NCBI GenBank assembly: GCA_039588295.1
Contig: JBDHAB010000017.1
Location: 1-54,473, forward strand
DNA: 54,473 bases
Direction of reading: 5' to 3'
DNA from: Gemmatimonadota bacterium
Lineage (GTDB): Bacteria > Gemmatimonadota > Gemmatimonadetes > Gemmatimonadales > GWC2-71-9
Shown: piece after piece, positions 1 through 9,440 of the stretch
How the letters are laid out: each line of letters starts with the position of its first letter
How positions within the stretch are numbered: position 1 is the stretch's first letter
Position numbers and translations under genes: made by a program
The notes under the pieces: generated by a model
What the model was told of the DNA's origin: nothing
Seen by the model: the letters and a program-made list of their open reading frames with translations, nothing else
Databases searched by the model: none

Positions 1-22
1 CCACCTCTTTCCCCCATCCCCA

Positions 23-1051
23 CTATAGCCCTTCAATTATATCCACGATGACCTCACCGGATGGCTCCAGCGGCGCGGCTGGATCCACGGCGAGCCGCGG
101 GTTGGTGTGCAGTCGGGGTAAGCGCCCCCCCGGGAACAGCGGCACTTCGTGCGGCCGGTCGCTCAGGTTATACACCCACGTCGGGATCTCACCACCGTCC
201 CATGGCCGGCCGTCCCTCGGATCGTGGAAGAACTGCAGCGCCGCACTCGCCAAATACTCCTCGGCCCACCGCACGTACTCGCCGATGTGGTTGGTGCCGG
301 GAGAGGGATAGAGGCCGACCACGCGAAACAGAATCCGGGAGAGCGCGATCTCATCCCAAAGCGCCAACCAGTGCGCCTGTCGTTCCCGCTCCCGCAGCCG
401 AGGGTAGAGGTCGGCGCCGGACGCCCGGTCGCGAATCTCTTGAAACCAGCTGAAGTGGTTGAGACCGCAGGCGTGATAGTTGAGGCTTTCCGGCTCGCAT
501 TCGAGGAACCGGGCGATCTGGTCGATGCCATGGAACACGCCATGACACAGCCCCACCACCTTGATCGACGTGAGCCGCGTGAGGGCTTCGCACAGCTTGG
601 TGAGCGGATTGGTGAAGTTGAGCAGCCACGCGTCCGGACAGTGGCGCTCCATGGCGCGCGCCACCTCCAGCGTCGGTCCCATGTTGCGGAGCGCGTGAAA
701 CAGCCCGCCGGGTCCGCCGTTCTCCCCGTAGATTTGCCTGAACCCCAGTTGGCGCGGCAGATGGAAATCCTGCGCCCAGTAGTAGTAGCGCCGCTTGGCA
801 ATCGCCATCACCACCACTTGCGCGCCATCGAGTGCGCGACCCAACTCCGTCGTCACCTCGATGGTCACCGCCTTCCCGTGCAGCTTCGTGACCTCTCGCG
901 CGTACGAGGCCGTGACCTGCAACTCCTCCTCCGCCACATCCATCAACGTGATGGTCGGCTGCCGCTCGCAGATCGGCTCGCTCAGGAGCAGGTCCCGCAC
1001 AGTAGCCGGACCGAACTCTCGACTCCCCGCCCCGATGATCGTGATCTTCAT
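23..1051 (-). CDS. Glycoside hydrolase family 4 (alpha-galactosidase/glucosidase-like, NAD+/Mn2+ dependent), C-terminally truncated at the window edge
   Basis: N-terminal KITIIGAGS Rossmann motif, ENGGPGG, LNFTNP, GLCHG and GLNHF motifs of GH4. At 342 aa it is shorter than typical GH4 (roughly 430-450 aa), and the stop lies 22 nt from the window end. Confidence 0.88.
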   Translation of the reverse strand: MKITIIGAGSREFGPATVRDLLLSEPICERQPTITLMDVAEEELQVTASYAREVTKLHGKAVTIEVTTELGRALDGAQVVVMAIAKRRYYYWAQDFHLPRQLGFRQIYGENGGPGGLFHALRNMGPTLEVARAMERHCPDAWLLNFTNPLTKLCEALTRLTSIKVVGLCHGVFHGIDQIARFLECEPESLNYHACGLNHFSWFQEIRDRASGADLYPRLRERERQAHWLALWDEIALSRILFRVVGLYPSPGTNHIGEYVRWAEEYLASAALQFFHDPRDGRPWDGGEIPTWVYNLSDRPHEVPLFPGGRLPRLHTNPRLAVDPAAPLEPSGEVIVDIIEGL

Positions 1052-2871
1052 TCGATTCGTTCTTCCTGACTATCCATTGGCGCCACCGCCTCGCGATCGC
1101 TGGCAATCAACCGCAACGCCGCCCACGCCCCCACAACCGATAACACGATCGCCACCGTTCCGGGAACCGGCCGCCCGGTCAAGAGGTACCCGGCCCCCAA
1201 GAGGCTCCCGTACAGGAAGAGGAGGCCAAGTCCGAAGCCCAGCCATTGTCGCTTCGCGTCGTGCTCGATGGTCACGTCGGGACACGATGCCGCGATCGGG
1301 CCCCACCACCCACCGGGCCGCACCTTTCGATAGAACGTCTGCAGCCGGCTCGTCTCGTCGGGCTGGGTGTTGAGGGTCACGATGAGCCAGATGAGCGTGC
1401 AGCCCAACAGAATGATCGTCGCCCGAATGAAATCGAACTCGCCACCGTAGAAGCGAGTAACCTGCGCCATGCCGGATTCGGACAGGATGCCGAGGCGATG
1501 GAGCACACCGGCCCACACCGTCCCGTTCGCCAACACGAACGACCCCGCCATGGCGCTCACCTCGGCCCAGGCGTTGACCCGCCACCAGTACCAGCGCAAC
1601 AGCCACACCAGGGCCACGCCCGCGGTGAGCTCGATGACGTAGATCCACGCCCGCCGGATCGAGTCCATCTGCCACGCGGTCACCGCGGCGACCAGGGCGA
1701 GGGCGACGATCGCGAGGCGCGACGCCAACACGTAGTGCCGCTCCGTGGCGTGCCGCTTGATAAATCGGCGGTAGACGTCGTTCACCAGGTACGACGCGCC
1801 CCAGCAGAGATGTGTGTCCATGGTACTCATGAACGCGGCGAGGAACGTCGCCACCATGAGCCCACGCAATCCGGCCGGCATCATCTCGACGATCATCATC
1901 GGGTAGGCGAGCTCGGGGTCGGCGGCGAGTGCCGGGCCGGCGGTCGCGAGTGGCAGAATCAAGAGCGACCCGAGCCCCACAATCACCCACGGCCACGTCA
2001 TGAGCACGATCGCTGCGAAGCTGAACCAGAACGAGGACAGGAGCGACTGCCGTTCGTTCTTCGTGGCGAAGAGACGCTGTGCGACATACCCGTCGCCCTG
2101 ACCGCTCCGCGTCCAGAGGAGGAATATCAGAAAGAGAAATGAGACGAACTCGAGCGAGCTCAGGTGCGCGGGATCGGGAACGAGATCGAGGGTTGCGACC
2201 GGGGCATCGGGCAGCGCACGCACCTGGGCGGCCATGGCGGCGGGGCCGCCTAAGCGCACGAGGATGATGCCCGCCAAGGTGAGTGACCCCAGCATGCCCG
2301 CCGTGAACTGGAGGATGTCGGTGACCACGACGCCCCAGAGCCCCGACGCGATGGTGTAGGTGAGTGCGAGCCCGATGCAGACCACCAGTGCCAGCCACGG
2401 GGGCCAACCAAGTAGCACGCGGGTGAACTTGACCATTGCGAGCATGACCCAGCCCATCACCACGGCGTTCCTTAAGATCCCGTTGAAGATGGCCGAGAAC
2501 CCGCGCAGCACCGTGGCCGGCCGGCCCGAGTAGCGCAGTTCCACAAACTCTGCGTCGGTCAAGATCTCCGCCCGGCGCCACAGCTTGGCGTAGAAAAAGA
2601 CCAAAAACATGAATCCTGCGGCTTCGTACCACCAGAGCCAATTACCGAACACCCCGCGCGTGCGCACCAATGCCGCCGTGGCGAGCGGCGCGTCGGTGGC
2701 AAAGAACGTGGCGGCGATCGAGGTGCCGGCTAACCACCACGGGAGGGAGCGCCCGGCCACGAAGTACTCTTCGACGCTCTGTCCGGCTCGGCGCGTGAAC
2801 CAGAAGCCGAGGACGAGGGTGACAACCCCGTACACGGCAACGATCGCCCAATCGGTGGAGGTGAGTTGCAT
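1048..2871 (-). CDS. Sodium:solute symporter (SSS/SLC5 family)
   Basis: EEYFVAGRSLPWW, SIAATFFATD, GVVVTD, QRLFA and AAFMSTMDT motifs; many TM helices; 4-nt overlap with the GH4 gene. Confidence 0.93.
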   Translation of the reverse strand: MQLTSTDWAIVAVYGVVTLVLGFWFTRRAGQSVEEYFVAGRSLPWWLAGTSIAATFFATDAPLATAALVRTRGVFGNWLWWYEAAGFMFLVFFYAKLWRRAEILTDAEFVELRYSGRPATVLRGFSAIFNGILRNAVVMGWVMLAMVKFTRVLLGWPPWLALVVCIGLALTYTIASGLWGVVVTDILQFTAGMLGSLTLAGIILVRLGGPAAMAAQVRALPDAPVATLDLVPDPAHLSSLEFVSFLFLIFLLWTRSGQGDGYVAQRLFATKNERQSLLSSFWFSFAAIVLMTWPWVIVGLGSLLILPLATAGPALAADPELAYPMMIVEMMPAGLRGLMVATFLAAFMSTMDTHLCWGASYLVNDVYRRFIKRHATERHYVLASRLAIVALALVAAVTAWQMDSIRRAWIYVIELTAGVALVWLLRWYWWRVNAWAEVSAMAGSFVLANGTVWAGVLHRLGILSESGMAQVTRFYGGEFDFIRATIILLGCTLIWLIVTLNTQPDETSRLQTFYRKVRPGGWWGPIAASCPDVTIEHDAKRQWLGFGLGLLFLYGSLLGAGYLLTGRPVPGTVAIVLSVVGAWAALRLIASDREAVAPMDSQEERIE

Positions 2872-3089
2872 GCGTCAGGTGGTTGGCGAAAGCATGGTCG
2901 GCAAAGATAGGAGTTGGGGCGTCGGAGAGCGAGGAAGTCCGGCCGCAAGCTTCCACCCATCGGCAATCCGGCGGTCACCAACATGAGAAGGTCGATTGCA
3001 CGCTGAGACCGCGGTTCGGTGGAGGTGCAGGTCAGACCCTTGGCAGCGTGCTATTATTCCCGCAGAGCGCACGCGGCGTGAGTGATACC

Positions 3090-4766
3090 GTGGATCTGTG
3101 GAACACCCTGTTAGACATCCTGATTCTGCTCGCCGTCGCCATGGTGCTGGGCGGCGTAGCAGACCGACTCAAGCAGAGTCCACTGCTGGGGTATCTGCTT
3201 GCCGGATCGCTGCTCGGTCCCAACGCGCTCAACCTGGTGCGCAGCCACGCGGCGGTCATGACCATCGCAGAGTTGGGCGTGGCCCTGCTCCTGTTCACCA
3301 TCGGACTCGAATTCTCCTGGCGACGGCTCAGAGCGGTCGGCCCAGTCGCGCTGGGCGGCGGCACGCTCCAGGTGCTGGTGACTGGGGCGTTGGCGAGTGC
3401 AGTGTCCCTCGTGGCGGGACTCGGCATTCGCGCGGCGGTAGCGATTGGGGCAATGATCGCGTTGAGCAGCACAGCCGCGGTGATCCGGTTGCTCGCCAAC
3501 CGAGCGGAGATCGACGCCATCCACGGGCGGAACGCGGTCGGCATTCTGCTGCTGCAGGATATCGCGGTGGTGCCGCTCACCCTTCTCGTGGCCGCGTTGA
3601 GCGGCGGTGGCTCCCTGACGGCGATCGGAGGGGCGCTCGCCCGCGCCGCGGGCGTGGCCGTGTTGCTCGTAGGTGCGCTCCACGTCCTGCTCAACTATCT
3701 CCTCCCGCTCCTCCTGTCGACCAGAGTGGCGGGCCGCAACCGCGATCTGCCGATTCTGCTCGCGATCGTGACCGCCGTCGGCGCGGCAACGTTGTCGCAT
3801 GCGCTGGGATTCTCCCCGATCCTCGGTGCGTTCATCGCCGGACTGTTGCTGGCCGAGTCGCCGTTCGCGACGCAGATCCGGGCTGACGTGGTGCCCCTGC
3901 AGACACTGTTCGTGACGCTGTTCTTCAGTTCGATCGGCATGTTGGGGAACCCGGCGTGGGTGGCGGAAAACTGGCTGCTGCTGGCCGCCGTGGTGGTGGC
4001 GATCGTCGTTGGGAAGGCCGCTGTGACGGCGGGCATCGTGCGTCTGTTCAAATCCCCCGCCGGGCCGGCGGTAGCGACCGGCGTGGTGCTCGCACAGGTC
4101 GGTGAGTTTTCGCTCGTGGTAGCCGTACTCGCGCGGGACGGCGGGATTATCGGGACCGATCTCTTCGACCTCGTCCTCGCCGTGCTCACCATCACGCTCT
4201 TCCTCACACCGTTCCTCGTGGCTGTCGCTCCCAGGCTTGCCATCGCCGTGGGAGCGCGCGCAGCACCCGGCGTGAGTCCGTTGACGACCGCCGAGCACGC
4301 CGCAGTGATGCGCGGGCACGTGGTGATCGTAGGATTCGGTCCCGCGGGACAGCGTGTCGCCGAGTCGCTTCTCGGTGAGCCGAACCTGACGGTTCTCGTC
4401 GTCGACTTGAATCCCGAGGCCGCCGACGTGGCTCGTGCCTACGGACTCGAGACCTATTTGGGCGATGTCACCCGCGCGGAGATGCTGGAGCGGCTTCACG
4501 TCCGCACGGCCGCCGCCGTGGCAGTGACGGTGCCCGACCCGCGCAGCGCACGCCACATCGTGCAGCGCGTGCGGTCGGTCGCCCCGGACACGATTGTCGC
4601 CGTACGCTCTCGGTACCACGTGCACCGCTGGCAGCTGGAGGTGGCAGGCGCGCATGCCGTCGTCGACGAAGAGGTCCAGGTCGGCATTCGGATGGCCGCG
4701 GATCTCCGCGAACGTATCCGGGCACCGCATCCGAATGAGCCGATGGAGAAAGGGCAGGAGCGGTAG
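3090..4766 (+). CDS. CPA2 cation:proton antiporter (KefB/KefC/YbaL-like) with C-terminal TrkA-N (RCK) domain
   Basis: AELGVALLLFTIGLEFS, ALSSTA, GILLLQD and AQVGEFS motifs; C-terminal HVVIVGFGPAG. Start moved to GTG 3090 (3078 also possible). Confidence 0.92.
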   Translation: MDLWNTLLDILILLAVAMVLGGVADRLKQSPLLGYLLAGSLLGPNALNLVRSHAAVMTIAELGVALLLFTIGLEFSWRRLRAVGPVALGGGTLQVLVTGALASAVSLVAGLGIRAAVAIGAMIALSSTAAVIRLLANRAEIDAIHGRNAVGILLLQDIAVVPLTLLVAALSGGGSLTAIGGALARAAGVAVLLVGALHVLLNYLLPLLLSTRVAGRNRDLPILLAIVTAVGAATLSHALGFSPILGAFIAGLLLAESPFATQIRADVVPLQTLFVTLFFSSIGMLGNPAWVAENWLLLAAVVVAIVVGKAAVTAGIVRLFKSPAGPAVATGVVLAQVGEFSLVVAVLARDGGIIGTDLFDLVLAVLTITLFLTPFLVAVAPRLAIAVGARAAPGVSPLTTAEHAAVMRGHVVIVGFGPAGQRVAESLLGEPNLTVLVVDLNPEAADVARAYGLETYLGDVTRAEMLERLHVRTAAAVAVTVPDPRSARHIVQRVRSVAPDTIVAVRSRYHVHRWQLEVAGAHAVVDEEVQVGIRMAADLRERIRAPHPNEPMEKGQER

Positions 4767-5028
4767 AGCAATCTGCGAGGTCACTCCAGCCCCTCTCTGC
4801 GTTAAGCGGACATCACCACGAGAGTTGCTCGCACCGTTGGCTGGCGCGTTATCGAGGAGCACATGCTGCCGATCACGAGCTGGGGTGTCGGGTTTCCCGA
4901 AAGATCGGGAGATTGCGGGCACGTACAGTCTGATTGGAGTCGATCAGTGGAGAGTTGAGCCGCGCTTGTTGAGCACTTGTTGTATTTTGCGGTGCTCCCC
5001 CGATCTTCGACCAGGCTGAGGTCATGAC

Positions 5029-6291
5029 ATGCCAGACTACGTCCTGCTGAAGAAGGACCTGTGGCCCGAGATCCAGAACCACTATCGACCCGAACTCATC
5101 AAGGTTGGCAGGGTGGAGGTCGAGATCAACTTCCCGGACAACAAGGGGATCCTCGCGACGGCGATGAAGGACCCGTTGGCGCACCAGCGAATGGTCGACG
5201 TCGTTCAACGCACACTGAACAGGGAATCATCTCAGCTGTTTGCCTATGTCATCGGAGTCGCGGATACGAAGGCAAAGGAGGCCAAGAAGTCGGGGAATCA
5301 AGCTCAACTCCAGCAGGTTGTGAACGGCGTCCAGAAGCAACTCGACAGTGTCCGTGCCCAGATCATTCCGAAAGTACAGACGGTCGCCGCCCAGGAATGG
5401 ATGAAGATTCGCCAAACCAAGCGGGAGTATCGCACCTACCAGATAAAATGTGGGTTGAAGGTTGCGGTTCAGGGGACCGGCCTGGCGATCGGCATAGCAG
5501 GCGCAGCAACATCTGCGGGCGCTGCTCTGGTGATCGGGATCCTCGGATGCGTCAAGAACGTCGTCGACGGGATAAAGACCGTCCGCGACCTCGCCGAACA
5601 AGCCGAAGGGACCGAAGCTCGCCTGCGCAACGCCTTGAAGGACGCATTGCTCGTCTTCGACGACATTTCGCCTGCACTGGCTACCTATTTCGAGCTAAGC
5701 AAGACCGTGGTTTCTAAGGTCCTCGCGTACGACATGAATACGCCCAGTACGTGCAAGAACATGAACGAACTGTACGGCAACAAGGTGAAGGGGCTGGAGG
5801 TGAACGCGCACGGCACTTCAGAGAAACTGAACGAAATTCTGGAGAAGTGTGACGAGCTCCGCGAGTATCTCAAACGGGAAGCTCTGAAGGCGCGCCAGGC
5901 CGCGGCGGCAATGCGGCCCATCATCGCCGGTCGCCGCGGTGCCGTGTCGGCTCCCAGCCCTTCCGCCACGATCTCATCGAAGCAAAGCGCGGCGCTGGCG
6001 AAACTGGAGCAGCAAACGGAGAAGCTGATCAACGAAATCACGGGCCTGTGGCAGCGTGTGTCACACGGCAAGGCGAGGCACGAAGGCTATCGGCGTATCG
6101 TGGACGATCTCATTAAACGGACGACGCCCAAGTGGGTGCCGACGGCGCAGAAGGCCGTGGGCTTGGTGACAGGGACGCTGGCGTATGCGGCAAGCGCAGA
6201 GGACCTTCTGGTCAACCATGTGCTCGAGCTCGTCGACGCATTCGGTGACGACGCCGTCGACGCCGCGGCCAACAAGATCTTCAGCTCATAG
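5029..6291 (+). CDS. Hypothetical alpha-helical/coiled-coil protein with a central Gly/Ala-rich hydrophobic hairpin
   Basis: 420-aa ORF with GAGG upstream; Lys/Gln/Glu-rich helical sequence; hydrophobic stretch VAVQGTGLAIGIAGAATSAGAALVIGILGCV; no signal peptide. Confidence 0.8.
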   Translation: MPDYVLLKKDLWPEIQNHYRPELIKVGRVEVEINFPDNKGILATAMKDPLAHQRMVDVVQRTLNRESSQLFAYVIGVADTKAKEAKKSGNQAQLQQVVNGVQKQLDSVRAQIIPKVQTVAAQEWMKIRQTKREYRTYQIKCGLKVAVQGTGLAIGIAGAATSAGAALVIGILGCVKNVVDGIKTVRDLAEQAEGTEARLRNALKDALLVFDDISPALATYFELSKTVVSKVLAYDMNTPSTCKNMNELYGNKVKGLEVNAHGTSEKLNEILEKCDELREYLKREALKARQAAAAMRPIIAGRRGAVSAPSPSATISSKQSAALAKLEQQTEKLINEITGLWQRVSHGKARHEGYRRIVDDLIKRTTPKWVPTAQKAVGLVTGTLAYAASAEDLLVNHVLELVDAFGDDAVDAAANKIFSS

Positions 6292-6308
6292 TCCGGCTTT
6301 CGCCGCTT

Positions 6309-6332
6309 TCACGGAGAGGCTGTCCTCCGTGA
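6309..6332. terminator. Hairpin between convergent genes
   Basis: TCACGGAG-N8-CTCCGTGA perfect 8-bp stem; no clear U-tract. Confidence 0.4.
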
Positions 6333-6445
6333 GGACCGTCTGTTGTCTGCACGAGGCCGATCCGTGGCACAACGCCACCGCAGGTTGGTGTAGGCATCGT
6401 TGACTCGAATGCGTTCCACACTCACCCACGGCGCTGGGGTTGCGG

Positions 6446-7507
6446 CTAGAAGCCGAACTGGAAGTTCACCAACAGCTGATGGTGGTCGAACGCGGTATCT
6501 CGCGTGTCGACGATGTAGTTCACCTGGAACTCCGTGACCGACGTCGGCCACACGTTGAGGCCCAAGACCAACCAGTCCCGCCGCTCCAATCCGAGGTCGG
6601 GATCGAAGAAATCGAACCGCGCGAGGAGCTGCGTGTCGTCGCGGACCATGTAGCCCACCGTCGCCTGGCCGCCCCATGGGTGCTGGGTGGTTCCCAGTTC
6701 CGGATCCAGTACGGCGTAGTCGACCTCGCCGGACAGGAGAACACCGCCCACCGTGGCTCGCACGTCGCCACCCAGCAGCGTGCGATGTCCCGTGAATCCG
6801 GTGACGTATCCACCGCCGAACGAGGCGTTGTCGTCGTCACTGTACGCGGCGTTGAGGCCAACGACGACCCGATCAGCCTGGCCGCCAACGTCCACCGTCC
6901 CGAAGAACCGACCCACGACCATCACTCCGTCGCCGTCGTTGCCGTTGGGCGCGGTGCCATTGCCGTTGAACACGCCGGCCGTGATCCCGAAGGCGCCCGC
7001 CGACGGGGTGACCATGGCCGCCAGTCCCAACTGCCGGCCGGGGACCAAGGCCGTGACGGCTTGGGACCGGTTCACGAAATCGATGCTCGCGGCCGAGGTC
7101 AGGAACTCGTAGCTGAACGGCGCCTTGAACTGCCCCACGGTGAGACGCCAATCGGAGCCCGGTTTGTAGTACATCAAGGCATCGAGGATAGACGGCGAGC
7201 CCACAAAGTTGGTCTGCAGGAGATACCCGTACCGGCCATCCAGCTCACCCTTCACCTGAAGCCGGAAGTTCGCGACCGAAAAACCATTCTCCCCAGCCAG
7301 CGTACGCTCGGCCTGCACATCGGCCACGGTCTGGAGCAGGACCCCGAGACTGAAGTAGTCACGCTTCAAGAACCTGGTGAGTTCTCCAAACTGTGGCTCG
7401 GCCTGCTGGGCTGCGGCCGGCCTCGGAGAGGCCAACAGTGCTGCGACGATAGCACCGAGCGTCAGCACCCGCCTCGATCCCACAGACCAGTGAGTCCACT
7501 GCGACAC
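6446..7507 (-). CDS. Outer-membrane porin (OprO/OprP-like beta-barrel)
   Basis: Signal peptide ending AAA-QQ; LTVGQFKAPFSYE and GVFNGNG motifs; alternating beta-strand pattern; C-terminal Phe (NFQFGF). GTG start at 7507 with GGAGGA RBS. Confidence 0.82.
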   Translation of the reverse strand: MSQWTHWSVGSRRVLTLGAIVAALLASPRPAAAQQAEPQFGELTRFLKRDYFSLGVLLQTVADVQAERTLAGENGFSVANFRLQVKGELDGRYGYLLQTNFVGSPSILDALMYYKPGSDWRLTVGQFKAPFSYEFLTSAASIDFVNRSQAVTALVPGRQLGLAAMVTPSAGAFGITAGVFNGNGTAPNGNDGDGVMVVGRFFGTVDVGGQADRVVVGLNAAYSDDDNASFGGGYVTGFTGHRTLLGGDVRATVGGVLLSGEVDYAVLDPELGTTQHPWGGQATVGYMVRDDTQLLARFDFFDPDLGLERRDWLVLGLNVWPTSVTEFQVNYIVDTRDTAFDHHQLLVNFQFGF

Positions 7508-7600
7508 GATTCCTCCAATCTTGTTATTCCCCAATGATTTATGACTTGTCCGCAACCCCGGTCACGCGATCGCGGACCCATGACACCCACACCCCACCTA

Positions 7601-7648
7601 TAACTTGACATCAAGCTACTTGACATACATCTTTATGTCAAGTAACTT
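7601..7648. promoter_or_regulatory. Overlapping divergent sigma70 promoters with two UrtR/PecS-type 18-bp operators
   Basis: Operators TAACTTGACATCAAGCTA (7601-7618) and CATCTTTATGTCAAGTAA (7628-7645). Plus strand: TTGACA 7620-7625, 17 bp, TAACTT 7643-7648. Minus strand: TTGACA 7641-7636, 17 bp, TAGCTT 7618-7613. Perfect inverted repeat TACTTGACATA-N6-TATGTCAAGTA at 7617-7644. Confidence 0.8.
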
Positions 7649-7678
7649 ATCGTTGACTTAACAAGCTTGGTGAGTCTA

Positions 7679-8200
7679 ATGCTCCAGGACCGCGTGGACC
7701 AACTCCTCGACGACTGGGAGGACCAACGGCCGGATCTCGATCCGTCGCCGCTCGGCATCGTCAGCCGCGTGCTCCGCTTCAGCAAGCACGCCACCCAGGC
7801 AGCGACCGACGCCCTGATCTCGCATAAGCTCGAGCTGTGGGCGTTCGACGTGCTGGCAGCATTGCGCCGGCAGGGACCGCCTTACACCATGTCCCCTACC
7901 GCGTTGCGCCGCCTGGCAATCCTCACGTCGGGCGCGATGACCAACCGGATCGACCGCCTGCAGGAACGCGGATGGGTCGAGCGACTGGCGGACCCGGGGG
8001 ACCGGCGCGCGCTGCTGGTACGGCTGACACCAGAAGGCAAAGCGCTCATCGACGCTGCCGTCGAGGCTCGCTTTGCCAACGCCGAGTCGCTGGTCGCGCC
8101 GCTGACGGACGACGAACAACGCGCGCTCGCCGGGCTGCTCCGGAAACTGCTCCTGGCGGTGCCGTCGGAACGTCTCACGCCCGTCGGCGGCCCGAGCTAA
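7679..8200 (+). CDS. MarR family regulator, UrtR (PecS/TamR/HucR/MftR-like) subfamily
   Basis: N-terminal DRVDQLLDDWEDQRPD helix with Trp; FDVLAALRR; SGAMTNRIDRL; DRR wing motif. Confidence 0.92.
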   Translation: MLQDRVDQLLDDWEDQRPDLDPSPLGIVSRVLRFSKHATQAATDALISHKLELWAFDVLAALRRQGPPYTMSPTALRRLAILTSGAMTNRIDRLQERGWVERLADPGDRRALLVRLTPEGKALIDAAVEARFANAESLVAPLTDDEQRALAGLLRKLLLAVPSERLTPVGGPS

Positions 8201-8240
8201 CGCGAAGGTCCACCTAATGTCTCTCTTCGAAGGAAGATCC

Positions 8241-9440
8241 ATGGCATGGCATCGCCCGCTCCTGACACCGGTCACCGCCCTCGCCGTCATGCTCGCGGGG
8301 TGCGGCGGAGAACCGCCACTCGAAACGCCCGGAGATTCGGTGCCCGCCGTCGCGGTCCCAACGGACACGGTGGCCGCGGATACCACGGGACCAGAGGTGC
8401 TCGCGGCGGAAGCCGACGTTCGTACCCTTGCGGTCGCGGTGGACAGTCTGCGCGACAACGTGTCGCGCCTCACCGACGCCGTCGCACGCATTCCGGGAGC
8501 CGCCGCGGTAGAATCGCCGACGGCCGAGCCCGAAGACCTGCTCAGCGGCGACCGCGTGCGCGAGACCGCCAACGATGTCCGCTACTTCGGGCTGAGTGCC
8601 ATTTGGGCAATCATCCTGTTGGCCGTGGCCTGGATCGTCATTCGGGCCATCGTGTGGCTGCTGAACACGTTGGCGGAGCGGACCGCCGCCCGCCGGCTGT
8701 TCTTCAAGAGGCTCATCCCGATCGTCCGGCTGCTCGTCTGGACGCTCGCCGCGTACTACGTCATCACCAATGTGTTCAACATCGATCGCACTGGGCTCCT
8801 CGCCGCGACCGCCGCACTTGGCGTCGGTATCGGCTTTGCCGCCCAGGGCATTCTCAAGAACTTCTTCGGCGGGCTCATTATCATCTTCGACCAGCCGTTT
8901 CAGATCGGGGACAAGATCAAGGTGGGTGGTACCTACGGTGAGGTCGTCTCGATCGGGATGCGCGCTACGCGCATCGTGACTCCGGATGACAACCTCGTCT
9001 CGGTGCCCAACGCGCAGATCGTGGAAGACCAGGTGGCCAATGCCAATGCGGGGGCGTTGGACTGTCAGGTCGTGGTCGACCTCTACTTGCCAGGGTGGGT
9101 CGACGTCGCCAAGGCCAAGGCGATTGCGCATGCCGCTGCCGTAAGCAGTCGATACACCTATCTCGAGAAACCGGTGGTCGTGAACGTCAAAGACGAGTTC
9201 AAGGAGACGTTTCTCACCCACCTCGTGGTGAAGGCATACGTCGTCGATACCCGATACGAGTTTGCGCTCGCTAGCGACATCACCGAGTCGGCCAAAGTCG
9301 AGTTCCTCAAGGAAGGCATGCTGCAGCCGCTGACCGGCAGCCACAGCGCGGCGATGGCGTTTCTCGACCAGTCCAACGACGAGACCTCTAACCAGCACGC
9401 GACGTCCCCCGCGGACGCCCGCGGACCGTTTGAACGATGA
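8241..9440 (+). CDS. mscS: Small-conductance mechanosensitive channel (MscS family) with lipoprotein-like periplasmic N-terminal extension
   Basis: GVGIGFAAQ, PFQIGDKI, GEVVSIGMRAT and VPN motifs; N-terminal MLAGC lipobox-like sequence. Confidence 0.9.
   Translation: MAWHRPLLTPVTALAVMLAGCGGEPPLETPGDSVPAVAVPTDTVAADTTGPEVLAAEADVRTLAVAVDSLRDNVSRLTDAVARIPGAAAVESPTAEPEDLLSGDRVRETANDVRYFGLSAIWAIILLAVAWIVIRAIVWLLNTLAERTAARRLFFKRLIPIVRLLVWTLAAYYVITNVFNIDRTGLLAATAALGVGIGFAAQGILKNFFGGLIIIFDQPFQIGDKIKVGGTYGEVVSIGMRATRIVTPDDNLVSVPNAQIVEDQVANANAGALDCQVVVDLYLPGWVDVAKAKAIAHAAAVSSRYTYLEKPVVVNVKDEFKETFLTHLVVKAYVVDTRYEFALASDITESAKVEFLKEGMLQPLTGSHSAAMAFLDQSNDETSNQHATSPADARGPFER

Noticed and set aside
1070..2641. 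523-aa same-strand alternative-frame ORF inside the SSS gene
   Set aside because: Arg/Gly/Pro-rich off-frame translation typical of GC3 bias.
4897..4915. TCCCGA-AAGA-TCGGGA hairpin upstream of the 420-aa orphan
   Set aside because: Short stem with no U-tract or other support; could be chance.
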